Of a stretch of DNA of 64,000 bases, positions 42,246 through 53,895 are shown in pieces. The stretch lies in the NCBI GenBank assembly GCA_903847275.1, contig CAINDC010000196.1, forward strand, positions 3,884 through 67,883, in the 5' to 3' direction. The position numbers and the translations under genes are program-made. How positions within the stretch are numbered: position 1 is the first letter of the stretch; each line of letters begins with the position of its first letter. The stretch comes from an uncultured Pseudomonadota bacterium (lineage in GTDB: Bacteria; Pseudomonadota; Gammaproteobacteria; Methylococcales; Methylomonadaceae). A model generated the notes under the pieces. The model searched no databases. It was not told the origin of the DNA and worked only from the letters and a program-made list of their open reading frames with translations.

Positions 42246-43919
42246 TTAAAACAAACCAGTAATTTTACCATTATCATCAATATCGATTCGTTCAGCGGCT
42301 GGCACTTTTGGTAAACCTGGCATTGTCATCATATCGCCTGCAATCGCAACAATAAATCCTGCGCCATTTGCTAAACGCACATCACGAATTTCAATTGTGT
42401 GTCCAGATGGTGCGCCTTTCAAGGCAGGATTAGTTGAAAATGACATTTGTGTTTTTGCCATACAAATCGGAAATGTGCCGTAATCGGCATTCCACGCGGC
42501 AAGTTGTGATTTTACTTTCGCACTTGCTGTAACACTGCCAGCACCATAAAGTTTAGTCGCAATCGTTTCAATTTTTTCCCACAAACTTAAATTTTCGTCA
42601 TACACGAATTTAAATTCAGGTTCACGATTATCAACGATTTCAGTAACAGCATTCGCTAATTCTTCTGCGCCTTCGCCACCGTTTGCCCAATGTTTTGAAA
42701 CGACGCAAGTCGCACCTAAATCTGCACATTTCTGTTGAAGTAACGCAATTTCAGCTTCGGTATCAAACGTAAAATGATTCACACAAACTACGCACGGCAA
42801 GCCGTAATGCTCAGTGATATTTTTGTAATGGCGTTCAAGGTTTTCAAAACCTTTTTCAACAGCGGCTAAATTTTCTTGATTCAAATCGTCTTTTGCAACA
42901 CCGCCATGAAATTTCAAGGCGCGAATCGTGGCAACTAAAACAACCGCCGATGGTTTTAAGCCTGACATTCGGCATTTGATGTCGATGAATTTTTCCGCGC
43001 CTAAATCCGCACCAAAACCCGCTTCGGTGACAACGTAATCAGCGAGTTTTAACGCCGTTTTCGTAGCGGTCACAGTGTTACAACCATGCGCGATATTCGC
43101 AAAAGGTCCTCCGTGAATAATCGCAATGTTGTTTTCAAGCGTTTGGACTAAATTCGGTTTAATCGCGTCTTTCAAAAGTGCCGCCATTGCGCCATGTGCT
43201 TTTAAATCGCGTGCATAAACTGGCGTAACTTTGTCGGATTTGTAGCCAATAACGATGCGTCCTAAACGCTCTTTTAAATCTGCACGACTGGTTGCTAAAC
43301 ATAAAATTGCCATCACTTCGGAAGCGACAACGATGTCATAACCATCTTCGCGTAAATAACCGTTTGCCGCGCCACCCATACCAACAACGATATTTCGCAA
43401 TGCGCGGTCGTTCATATCGACAACACGTTTCCATTGAATTCGGCGTGGATCAATGTCGAGTTCGTTGCCATGATTGATGTGGTTATCGATTAACGCAGAT
43501 AACAAATTGTGTGCGACACCGATTGCGTGGAAATCGCCTGTGAAATGTAAATTGATGTCTTCCATTGGAACAACTTGCGCGTAACCACCACCTGCTGCGC
43601 CGCCTTTCACACCAAAACAAGGACCTAAAGAGGGTTCACGCAAACACATAATCGTTTTTTTATTTAAACGATTCATCGCATCGCCCAAACCAACCGTTGT
43701 TGTCGTTTTACCTTCACCTGCTGGCGTTGGACTAATCGCCGTGACAAGAATCAATTTACCGTCGGTTTTGTCCGCTAAACTGTTCACATATTCGAGTGAA
43801 AGTTTCGCTTTGAAATGCCCAATTGGATCTAAATGTTCGGGTGCAATACCGTAATTTTTCCCCGCAAGTTCAATAATCGGTTTCATGATGGCGCGTTGCG
43901 CGATTTCGATGTCTGACAT
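42246..43919 (-). CDS. fhs: Formate--tetrahydrofolate ligase
   Basis: 557 aa. [16 protein letters not shown]-loop and full-length FTHFS similarity. Confidence 0.95.
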   Translation of the reverse strand: MSDIEIAQRAIMKPIIELAGKNYGIAPEHLDPIGHFKAKLSLEYVNSLADKTDGKLILVTAISPTPAGEGKTTTTVGLGDAMNRLNKKTIMCLREPSLGPCFGVKGGAAGGGYAQVVPMEDINLHFTGDFHAIGVAHNLLSALIDNHINHGNELDIDPRRIQWKRVVDMNDRALRNIVVGMGGAANGYLREDGYDIVVASEVMAILCLATSRADLKERLGRIVIGYKSDKVTPVYARDLKAHGAMAALLKDAIKPNLVQTLENNIAIIHGGPFANIAHGCNTVTATKTALKLADYVVTEAGFGADLGAEKFIDIKCRMSGLKPSAVVLVATIRALKFHGGVAKDDLNQENLAAVEKGFENLERHYKNITEHYGLPCVVCVNHFTFDTEAEIALLQQKCADLGATCVVSKHWANGGEGAEELANAVTEIVDNREPEFKFVYDENLSLWEKIETIATKLYGAGSVTASAKVKSQLAAWNADYGTFPICMAKTQMSFSTNPALKGAPSGHTIEIRDVRLANGAGFIVAIAGDMMTMPGLPKVPAAERIDIDDNGKITGLF

Positions 43920-44009
43920 TTTTTGCTCCTAAATCTTTAAAGTGAATGACGATAAATTTATCAGCAATCGTTACAATAGCCAAACACATTAAGCAATCAC
44001 AATCACTTT

Positions 44010-44312
44010 ATGAAAAAATTATTGGTTTTATTGCTCGTTAGCAGCACTTGTTTTGCTGTCGAACCATCACTTGAACGACAAACGGAATTACGTTTATTAT
44101 TGAAAAACGATTGTGGCGCGTGTCATGGTTTATTATTGCAAGGTGGTTTAGGTTCGCCTTTGCAACCACAAGATTTAATGAGAAAATCTGACATATTTTT
44201 AATTGAAACTATTGAAAATGGGCGAAAAGGTACCGCGATGCCACCGTGGAAACCGTTTATAACAACAAGCGAAATATCGTGGCTAGTGAATTTATTACGT
44301 CACCCAAACTAA
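44010..44312 (+). CDS. Periplasmic monoheme cytochrome c, c55X (NirC)-like
   Basis: 100 aa. Signal peptide, CGACH heme motif, NGRKGTAMPPW (Met ligand region). Confidence 0.7.
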   Translation: MKKLLVLLLVSSTCFAVEPSLERQTELRLLLKNDCGACHGLLLQGGLGSPLQPQDLMRKSDIFLIETIENGRKGTAMPPWKPFITTSEISWLVNLLRHPN

Positions 44313-44355
44313 AAAAGTTAAATCCTCTATTTCAAAATTACTGGAAATATAAAGA

Positions 44356-45345
44356 ATGTACACGCTCCTTATTGTTGATGATGACCCTGCTATTGTATCG
44401 TTATTAACATGCAGTTTTCGTAAAAGCTATCAGATAATATCTGCATTAAATGGCATAGAAGCCATTACGATTTTAAATAAACAGCCTATCGATTTAATTA
44501 TTTGCGACCAAGAAATTCCTGATGTTAATGGCATGGAAGTATTGAGTTATGCGTTGAAAGTTCAACCAGATGCTATTCGTATTTTATTAACAGGCGGTTA
44601 TATCCATGTGGACGACTTATTAAAGTACATCAATGAAGTTAATATTTATAAATACTTTAAAAAACCGTGGAGTCAGGCTGATTTAAAATTAAGTGTTGCT
44701 CGGGCATTGGAATCATTGGATTTGAAACGTGATTTACGCGAAGCCCGCGATTTATTTGAATCAGCATGTAAAGATGCGGTTGTTATGTTGTGTTTAGCTG
44801 CCGAAGGTAAAGATCAAGATACGGCAAGTCATTTACAACGCGTACAAAATTACACCGAAGCATTGGCTATTGCGATGGGAATTGGCAAAAAAGAAGCTGA
44901 ACACATGGGACTAATGAGTATGTTGCATGATATTGGCAAACTTGCTGTTCCAGATGAAATTTTGAAAAAACCTGGGAAATTAACCGATGAAGAATGGGAT
45001 GTTATGCGAGAACACCCAATGGCTGGTGTGCGGATTTTAAGTTCAAATCCATTTTATGAAGTGGCGCGGGAAGTTTCAGCAGGACATCATGAAAATTTTG
45101 ACGGTACAGGTTATCCCAATAATTTATGTGGTGAAGAAACGCCTCTTTCGGCGCGAATTGTAAAATTAGCAGATGTATTCGACGCATTAACAACGAAACG
45201 CCCTTATAAAGAAGCTTGGACAATGGCAGATGCCGTGGATTATATCGAGTCTTTTTCAGGCAGTATGTTTGATCCGACCATCGTAGAAAAATTCAAAATG
45301 CTCCATCTCGATGGGACATTAGAACGCATTAAATTATCGGCGTAA
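44356..45345 (+). CDS. Response regulator with HD-GYP c-di-GMP phosphodiesterase domain (RpfG family)
   Basis: 329 aa. LIVDDDP...ICDQEIPDVNG receiver, HDIGKLAVPDEIL, and GHHENFDGTGYP. Confidence 0.85.
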   Translation: MYTLLIVDDDPAIVSLLTCSFRKSYQIISALNGIEAITILNKQPIDLIICDQEIPDVNGMEVLSYALKVQPDAIRILLTGGYIHVDDLLKYINEVNIYKYFKKPWSQADLKLSVARALESLDLKRDLREARDLFESACKDAVVMLCLAAEGKDQDTASHLQRVQNYTEALAIAMGIGKKEAEHMGLMSMLHDIGKLAVPDEILKKPGKLTDEEWDVMREHPMAGVRILSSNPFYEVAREVSAGHHENFDGTGYPNNLCGEETPLSARIVKLADVFDALTTKRPYKEAWTMADAVDYIESFSGSMFDPTIVEKFKMLHLDGTLERIKLSA

Positions 45346-45350
45346 AAAAA

Positions 45351-45381
45351 CCGCGCTACTTTAAAAAGTAGAGCGGTTTTT
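45351..45381. terminator. Bidirectional terminator between convergent HD-GYP gene and proB
   Basis: Stem CCGCGCTACTT/AAGTAGAGCGG (one mismatch), flanked by A7 and T5. Confidence 0.65.
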
Positions 45382-45395
45382 GTATTCGCGTACAT

Positions 45396-47547
<2,152 letters not shown>

Positions 47548-47641
47548 TTACTCAAATAAAACTGATATAAACAAAAAAAGCCCCAACCATTCGGCGGAGC
47601 TTTCTCAGTCGTTGCCGCTTGCCACGAAGGCGAGCGATTAT

Positions 47642-47902
47642 TTATGCCGCTGTTACGATGCTAACAAACTTGCGGTTTTTAGGACCTTGTACTTTGAAAA
47701 GCACTACACCGTCCGCTTTCGCAAATAATGTGTGATCTTTGCCGATGCCAACGTTTGTGCCAGCGTGGAAATGTGTGCCACGTTGACGAACGATGATACT
47801 ACCTGCGGTAACTGTTTCGCTGCCATAACGTTTAACGCCTAATCTTTTTGATTGGGAATCGCGTCCATTGCGGGTACTACCGCCAGCTTTCTTATGAGCC
47901 AT
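47642..47902 (-). CDS. rpmA: 50S ribosomal protein L27
   Basis: 86 aa. [16 protein letters not shown]. Confidence 0.95.
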   Translation of the reverse strand: MAHKKAGGSTRNGRDSQSKRLGVKRYGSETVTAGSIIVRQRGTHFHAGTNVGIGKDHTLFAKADGVVLFKVQGPKNRKFVSIVTAA

Positions 47903-47918
47903 TTTAAACTCCTAGTTT

Positions 47919-48230
47919 TTAAGCAGAAATGCCAGTAATTTGGATTTCGGTATAGTATTGACGATGACCAGCAGTTTTCATGTGGTGTTTACGTCTTCTA
48001 AATTTAACAATTTTGATTTTTTTGTGTCTACCTTGAGACAAAACGGTGGCCGTTACTTTTCCGCCTACAATGAAAGGCAAACCCACTTTCACATCGCCGT
48101 TTTCTTCAATCATTAAAACTTTGTCAAATTCGATGCTATCGCCTTCGCCAAGTTCTAATTTTTCTACTTTTAAGTAGGTACCATTCTCTACGCGGTACTG
48201 TTTACCGCCTGTTTCAATTACCGCATACAT
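47919..48230 (-). CDS. rplU: 50S ribosomal protein L21
   Basis: Start trimmed to [12 protein letters not shown], with GGAG 9 nt upstream. Confidence 0.9.
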   Translation of the reverse strand: MYAVIETGGKQYRVENGTYLKVEKLELGEGDSIEFDKVLMIEENGDVKVGLPFIVGGKVTATVLSQGRHKKIKIVKFRRRKHHMKTAGHRQYYTEIQITGISA

Positions 48231-48280
48231 CGGCGTAAGCTCCATTAAGCATTTAATCTATAAAATATAGTAAGCGTGCG

Positions 48281-48309
48281 ATTATATTTTTATAACGCAG
48301 TTGCGTCAA
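48281..48309 (-). promoter_or_regulatory. Near-consensus sigma-70 promoter of rplU-rpmA-obgE-proB
   Basis: Minus strand: TTGACG (48304-48309), 17-nt spacer, TATAAT (48281-48286), about 50 nt upstream of the rplU ATG. Confidence 0.55.
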
Positions 48310-48415
48310 TGTTTAGATTAGTTGGCGTTACTTTGAAGATAAAATGTGAATTGTCTTATTTAAATCTATGACTTAAAGTGTTCTCTTTTATATTTTCTTC
48401 TTTGTAACCCTAACC

Positions 48416-49354
48416 ATGAAAACACTTTTTCCGCCTCTTGAACCGTTCAATCATTTCTTTTTAAACGCCAACCATGGACACTCGATTTACGTCGAACAAT
48501 GTGGCAATCCAGAAGGCGTACCGATTGTTTTTTTACACGGAGGTCCTTGTTCTGGGTGTAAACCTGATCATCATCGTTTTTTTGATCCTTCGTATTACCA
48601 CATTATTTTATTTGATCAACGCGGCTGCGGACGCTCATTACCTTTTGGTGAATTGGCTCACAATACGTTACCCGACTTAATCGCCGATATGGAGCGCATT
48701 CGGCAGCATTTGGCGTTAGAAAATTGGATTTTGTTTGGTGGTTCATGGGGTGTCACGCTGGCATTAGCTTACGCACAAAAGCACGTCAAACGGGTACAAG
48801 CGATGATTTTACGCGGCAGTTTTTTAGCGCGATTACAAGATATGCACTGGTTTTTGAGCAATCATGGCGTTTCGCTGATTTACCCTGAAGCATGGCAACA
48901 TTTGATTGATAGCATTCCCGCTGAACACCGCACAGACGATTTAATTGCCGATTTAAATACGATTTTATGGGGCAACGATGAATTAGCCAGTCGGCGCGTA
49001 ACGAAAGCGTGGCAAGCGTGGGGCGGACAAGTGGCGTTGGGCAATGCTTATCAGCCTTACGACTCTCACCTCACTGAACATGATATTAAACAGGTGAAAA
49101 TGGAGCTTCATTACGCTAGAAATCATTATTTTTTAGCTGAAAATGAATTGCTCACACATTGCGAAAAATTACGGCATTTGCCTGTGACGATTATTCATGG
49201 ACAACAAGATTTGGTTTGCCCAATAGAAGCAGGATGGCAATTACATCGTGTTTTACCGCAAGCAAATTACGTTGTATTGCCGAATTCGGGACATATCGCG
49301 CAAGGCGAAGAAATGATTGATGCCTTAGTCAGCGCAACAGAGGCAATAAAATGA
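48416..49354 (+). CDS. pip: Proline iminopeptidase
   Basis: 312 aa. HGGPG oxyanion motif and GGSWG nucleophile elbow. Confidence 0.85.
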   Translation: MKTLFPPLEPFNHFFLNANHGHSIYVEQCGNPEGVPIVFLHGGPCSGCKPDHHRFFDPSYYHIILFDQRGCGRSLPFGELAHNTLPDLIADMERIRQHLALENWILFGGSWGVTLALAYAQKHVKRVQAMILRGSFLARLQDMHWFLSNHGVSLIYPEAWQHLIDSIPAEHRTDDLIADLNTILWGNDELASRRVTKAWQAWGGQVALGNAYQPYDSHLTEHDIKQVKMELHYARNHYFLAENELLTHCEKLRHLPVTIIHGQQDLVCPIEAGWQLHRVLPQANYVVLPNSGHIAQGEEMIDALVSATEAIK

Positions 49355-49438
49355 TAATCCGACAGAATTAAATGTCACAACGTCGTCATGGAAATAACCT
49401 ATGCTGATTCCGTTATTATCCGCATAGGAAAATTTTTC

Positions 49439-51271
49439 ATGTCCGCTCTGCAACAAGAACTTATTTCAATTCTTGAACATAAAAAACTAACTCCCCACTT
49501 TCAACCGATTATTTCATTGACGCAAAAAAAAATTATTGCGTATGAAGCTCTGATTCGTGGACCCTCAAACAGTCCTTTACATAGCCCACTGAATTTGTTT
49601 GATATTGCCGATCGCTATGGTTTAAGTTCACAGTTAGAATTTGTTTGCCGTGGATTAAGCATTCAGCATTTCTCAGAATTTAACTTAGATGCAAAATTAT
49701 TTCTTAATGTTAGCCCACACGTTTTATTACAACCTGAATTTAAAACAGGAGAAACGCTGCGTTATTTAGAACAATTTGGATTGAGTCCCCGTAATGTCGT
49801 CATTGAACTCACCGAACATAAACCAATTGATGATTACGAATTGATGCGTGAAGCCGTAATGCACTATCGAGGCATGGGCTTTGAAATTGCGTTAGACGAT
49901 TTAGGTGCTGGCTATTCGAGTTTACGATTATGGTCAGAATTACTTCCCGAATACGTGAAAATTGATCAGCATTTCATTCAAGAACTACAAAATGATTCGA
50001 TTAAACTTAATTTTGTGCGTTCAATTCAAGGCATTGCCAGCTCATTAAATTGCCATGTAATTGCAGAAGGAGTTGAAACTGAAGCCGAATTTAACGTGAT
50101 TAAACAACTCGGTATTACTCATGGTCAGGGTTATTATTTTGCACGTCCAACCGCTATCCCATTAGTTGAACTCGATGCCAAAATTTTCTTACAAAATAAA
50201 TTTTCCGAAGAAACAAAATCGCATTGGTCAAATTCAACATCTGTCGAAAGTATTGGTCAATTTATTACGCCAATTTCAGCCGAAATGCCAATTAGTGATG
50301 TGATGAATCTATTTCAGCAACATGGCGAATTGTCGATTCTTCCACTGGTCGATTACGATGTAGGTTCGGGTATTATTTTTCGAGATACTTTTCTGTCGAA
50401 ATTATTTTCAAGTCGTTACGGCATGGAATTACATGGTCGAAAACCGATTAAAACGTTTATCGAACAAGTGCCGTTGAGTATTGATTGTAATACGCCGATT
50501 GAATTAGTGAGTCAGCAATTAACATCGACTATGCGCCATGAACAGGCGTTTCTCATTACTCGTGAAAATAAATACATCGGTGTAGCGACGATTTTATCGC
50601 TGTTAGAAAAAATCACCACGCAACAAATTGACAACGCAAAACACGCGAATCCACTGACATTATTACCTGGCAGCGTGCCGATAAATGAACAGATAAATCA
50701 ATTGCTCGCGAGTAAAACACCGTTTGCATTTGGTTATTTTGATTTAGATAATTTCAAACCATTTAATGATATTTATAGCTACAGTGCGGGCGATGACATT
50801 ATCAAAGCGGTGGCAACGGCTTTGACACAATGCGTTCCTCCTGAAAGCGGTCGTATTGGGCATATTGGTGGCGATGATTTTATTGTTATTTTTACAGGTG
50901 ATGATTGGTTAGAACGTTCTCAAAAAGTTCTCACCACGTTTGAAGCAATGGTGCCGAATTATTACACGTCCACTGATGTTGATGCGGGCGGTATTCAAGC
51001 AGAAAATCGTAAAGGTGAAAAATGCTTTTTCCCATTGACCAGTTTGTCCGTTGGTTTAGTTTCACCTGCAACGACAGCGCATTGCCAATCACATGTCGAT
51101 ATTGCTGATTTAGCGTCGGAATCTAAAAAAATGGCAAAAAAAATTGACGGAAATAGTTATTTCGTCAATCACCGTCAAAGTCCTAAAACCTTAGAAATCA
51201 TCAACATCAATGATGATAATGTCAGCTTTCAAGAACGTAGCACTGTGGTAAAGTTGCACGCGACACGATGA
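49439..51271 (+). CDS. EAL - CBS pair - GGDEF-like (GGDDF) signalling protein
   Basis: Start possibly 49439 (MSALQQ) or 49388. EAL motifs ELTE, DDLGAGYSSL, KIDQHF, EGVET and GQGYYF all present. A CBS pair sits in the middle. The C-terminal GGDEF-like domain has DLDNFKPFND and HIGGDDF. Confidence 0.8.
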   Translation: MSALQQELISILEHKKLTPHFQPIISLTQKKIIAYEALIRGPSNSPLHSPLNLFDIADRYGLSSQLEFVCRGLSIQHFSEFNLDAKLFLNVSPHVLLQPEFKTGETLRYLEQFGLSPRNVVIELTEHKPIDDYELMREAVMHYRGMGFEIALDDLGAGYSSLRLWSELLPEYVKIDQHFIQELQNDSIKLNFVRSIQGIASSLNCHVIAEGVETEAEFNVIKQLGITHGQGYYFARPTAIPLVELDAKIFLQNKFSEETKSHWSNSTSVESIGQFITPISAEMPISDVMNLFQQHGELSILPLVDYDVGSGIIFRDTFLSKLFSSRYGMELHGRKPIKTFIEQVPLSIDCNTPIELVSQQLTSTMRHEQAFLITRENKYIGVATILSLLEKITTQQIDNAKHANPLTLLPGSVPINEQINQLLASKTPFAFGYFDLDNFKPFNDIYSYSAGDDIIKAVATALTQCVPPESGRIGHIGGDDFIVIFTGDDWLERSQKVLTTFEAMVPNYYTSTDVDAGGIQAENRKGEKCFFPLTSLSVGLVSPATTAHCQSHVDIADLASESKKMAKKIDGNSYFVNHRQSPKTLEIININDDNVSFQERSTVVKLHATR

Positions 51272-51301
51272 AAACTTTCAAGAAAACGCTTAAAAAAATT
51301 T

Positions 51302-51712
51302 ATGATAAATGCTTGCGAATCAAGTGATTTAATTAAAAGTCACGCAAAATGGAAAATGAAATTAGCAACAGCCGTTGCCTGTGCTGAATGGCTTGATGTA
51401 GAAAATATCGCTAAGGATAATTGCTGTACGCTTGGTAAATGGTTGAATAGTGAAGACACTGTTTTGAAAATTAGTGAATTACATCATTATCGGGATTGTG
51501 TTGAAAAACATACGGAATTTCACATTGAAGCAGCCAAAATCGCAGAAATGATTAACACAAAAAGAAATGATGAAGCCATATCGCTATTACACTGTAATGC
51601 GTCGGCGTTTAATTCAATTTCCAATGCTGTGATTTTATCGATTTTTTTACTTTTTCAAGAATTAGAAGCAATGACTGATTTATCAGAAGATTTTAAGATG
51701 TTGGAAACATGA
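51302..51712 (+). CDS. Stand-alone CZB (chemoreceptor zinc-binding) domain protein
   Basis: 136 aa. HAKWKMKL ... CTLGKWL ... KHTEFH pattern (His/Cys zinc ligands). Confidence 0.65.
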   Translation: MINACESSDLIKSHAKWKMKLATAVACAEWLDVENIAKDNCCTLGKWLNSEDTVLKISELHHYRDCVEKHTEFHIEAAKIAEMINTKRNDEAISLLHCNASAFNSISNAVILSIFLLFQELEAMTDLSEDFKMLET

Positions 51713-52925
51713 ATTTGTAAACTTTTAAGGATTTATTTTTTCCTTTTAATTGGCATTCGCCGACCACTTCAAATTCGTAAAGATGATTGACGTAATTGTA
51801 CGATTGCTCACTGATTAAAATACGACATGGATGATTGGAATTTGGGGTTGCAATCGCTTTATCAAAACCTTCCAAACGCGCAGCAGTATTTACAGTGTCG
51901 CCAATCACAGTATATTCCATTCGTCCCACTCCGCCCAAACTACCAGCAACAAGTGAACCCGTACAAATACCCGTCCGCATAGTAATCACAGGCAAACCCT
52001 CTTGCTGCCATTTTCGATTAAGTTCACATAAACGCTTATCAAATTGCATCGCACATTGCACTGCATTAACGGCATCATTAGTAATCTCAACTTCCGTTTC
52101 ACTTTTTATCGGCGCACCAAAAATTGCCATAATAGCGTCGCCCATGTATTTGTTAATCACACCTCCATGGTCACTAATGATGCGACTCATTTCCGCCATA
52201 TATTCATTCAACCATTCCATCAAAATCAATGGATTCATGCTTTCTGCAATCACAGTGAAATCAGAAATATCGGTAAAAAGAATGGTTGCAACTAAGGTAT
52301 CTGGGCGCACACCGCCTTTATTAAAAAATTGTTCACGATCTTCCCACAACTTTTTGGCAATTTCAGGAGAAACATGACAAGAGAATAATTGCATAAGCTC
52401 GTCATGCTCAACGTGTTCCAAATGCGAAAAATAAAGTGTATTGAGTACTGAATCCATTTCTTCATTTGGTATTTCCGATACCGATAGCAATGCCGACAAT
52501 GGTGTTAAATTTTTTTCGGCATCAATATGTTGTTTGGTAGTCGTTTCTAATAACGATAAAACGGTAGATACACCAAAATACAAACCATCGCGAGTAATAA
52601 TAAAGGCTGGCTCGCTATACATTGTCAAAATTAATTGTTCCGTTGCTGATTTCAATGTGGTTTGAAAATTCATGCTTAACGGAATTTTGTCGATGAAAAT
52701 CGAAATCGGTTTTTGACCATGTAATGCAATGCTGTAACGATTCATAAACACTTTGGGCAAAAAAGAATCGCGATAAATAATGCCTGTTGCCACATTATCA
52801 GCAGCGATTAACGGTAGGATATTTAAGCAATCATTCTGTTGGAAAAGAGTCAGTACATCAATAATCAGTGTGTCTTCAGAAATTGCTAAGACGGGTTGGC
52901 TAATCGTTTCTAACATTTGATTCAT
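51693..52925 (-). CDS. CBS pair - class III adenylate/guanylate cyclase
   Basis: Start trimmed to MNQMLETIS (the ORF-track TTG start lies inside a hairpin). Cyclase motifs ILFTDISDFT and INKYMGDAIMAIFGAP. N-terminal CBS pair. Confidence 0.8.
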   Translation of the reverse strand: MNQMLETISQPVLAISEDTLIIDVLTLFQQNDCLNILPLIAADNVATGIIYRDSFLPKVFMNRYSIALHGQKPISIFIDKIPLSMNFQTTLKSATEQLILTMYSEPAFIITRDGLYFGVSTVLSLLETTTKQHIDAEKNLTPLSALLSVSEIPNEEMDSVLNTLYFSHLEHVEHDELMQLFSCHVSPEIAKKLWEDREQFFNKGGVRPDTLVATILFTDISDFTVIAESMNPLILMEWLNEYMAEMSRIISDHGGVINKYMGDAIMAIFGAPIKSETEVEITNDAVNAVQCAMQFDKRLCELNRKWQQEGLPVITMRTGICTGSLVAGSLGGVGRMEYTVIGDTVNTAARLEGFDKAIATPNSNHPCRILISEQSYNYVNHLYEFEVVGECQLKGKNKSLKVYKFMFPTS

Positions 52926-52941
52926 CTTGTTATTCAACTTT

Positions 52942-52964
52942 GGATTGCGTAAAAAACGCAATCC
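52942..52964 (-). other. Intergenic 9-bp hairpin between the mtdB-like gene and the cyclase gene
   Basis: GGATTGCGT-aaaaa-ACGCAATCC. No flanking T-run on either strand. Confidence 0.4.
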
Positions 52965-52981
52965 GCATCTCGAATTTGATT

Positions 52982-53884
52982 TTACTTCAACATTTCTCGC
53001 GCTTTAATAAACGCATCACGGAAATCTAAATATACTGGTTTTTCTGTTTCCAACATTGAAGCCAAAAGCGCGTGTTGAATTTGATATTTCACATCGCCAA
53101 TTGCTAATGCACCGACTCCGACTGCATTACAATGTGTCGCATGAATTAACGGTGCGCCAACATCACCACGATCAACACCTTCAATACCCGCAGGCGGTAC
53201 GGCATTGACATCACCTGCTACTTTTAGCTGCGTGACTTCTTTTAAAATCGTCGCATTCAATACTTGAACGCCTGCTTTTGCAGTACAAAAAATCACGTCT
53301 ACATCTTTTAATAATTCGATTTTCTCTTTATCGAAACTTGCTACGGCCGCTTTTAAATTACAACCAAAACGACGGTTATAAAGCGTTGCTATATCAGCAG
53401 CTGTGTCTAAATATAAATGATCAACAATGGTGGTGTCTGCGCCCGCAAGTGATGCAATAATTCCCGTTGCAATCCCAACAGGACCTGTACCACCAAAAAC
53501 AACCGCTTTACAACCAGCTAATTCTTTACCGTGTTTTTCTCGCAATTCTCTTTCAACACAGGCTACTAATGCCGCAGACGTTGTAAATGCTCCGCTTGGG
53601 TCGGCAAATACTGAAATTGCAAACGGTGACATCATCGCTTGTTTTGCTTCATTGAACATATCAATCGCTAAACCTAAATGTCGTCCACCAATAAATAGTG
53701 CTGTGCGTTTCAATCCCGCAGGACTGCGTGAAAAAATGGCATCTTGCGTCAAACCGTGAACGTTTTCTAATTTCACATTGTTATACGGCATCAAAAGATC
53801 AAAGCCTGCATCAACCGCCATGTTAATATCGAAAGGACTATTATTTGGCATTGGATCAAGCATGTGCAGAATACTACGTTTCAT
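52982..53884 (-). CDS. mtdB: NAD(P)-dependent methylene-tetrahydromethanopterin dehydrogenase, MtdB-like (copy 1)
   Basis: 300 aa. KRSILHMLDPMPNNSPFDINMAVDAGF, FADPSGAFTT, GGTGPVG Rossmann motif, DVNAVPPAGI and GVGALAIGDVKYQ. Collinear with MtdB as I recall it. Confidence 0.75.
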   Translation of the reverse strand: MKRSILHMLDPMPNNSPFDINMAVDAGFDLLMPYNNVKLENVHGLTQDAIFSRSPAGLKRTALFIGGRHLGLAIDMFNEAKQAMMSPFAISVFADPSGAFTTSAALVACVERELREKHGKELAGCKAVVFGGTGPVGIATGIIASLAGADTTIVDHLYLDTAADIATLYNRRFGCNLKAAVASFDKEKIELLKDVDVIFCTAKAGVQVLNATILKEVTQLKVAGDVNAVPPAGIEGVDRGDVGAPLIHATHCNAVGVGALAIGDVKYQIQHALLASMLETEKPVYLDFRDAFIKAREMLK

Positions 53885-53895
53885 AAAATTCCCGA

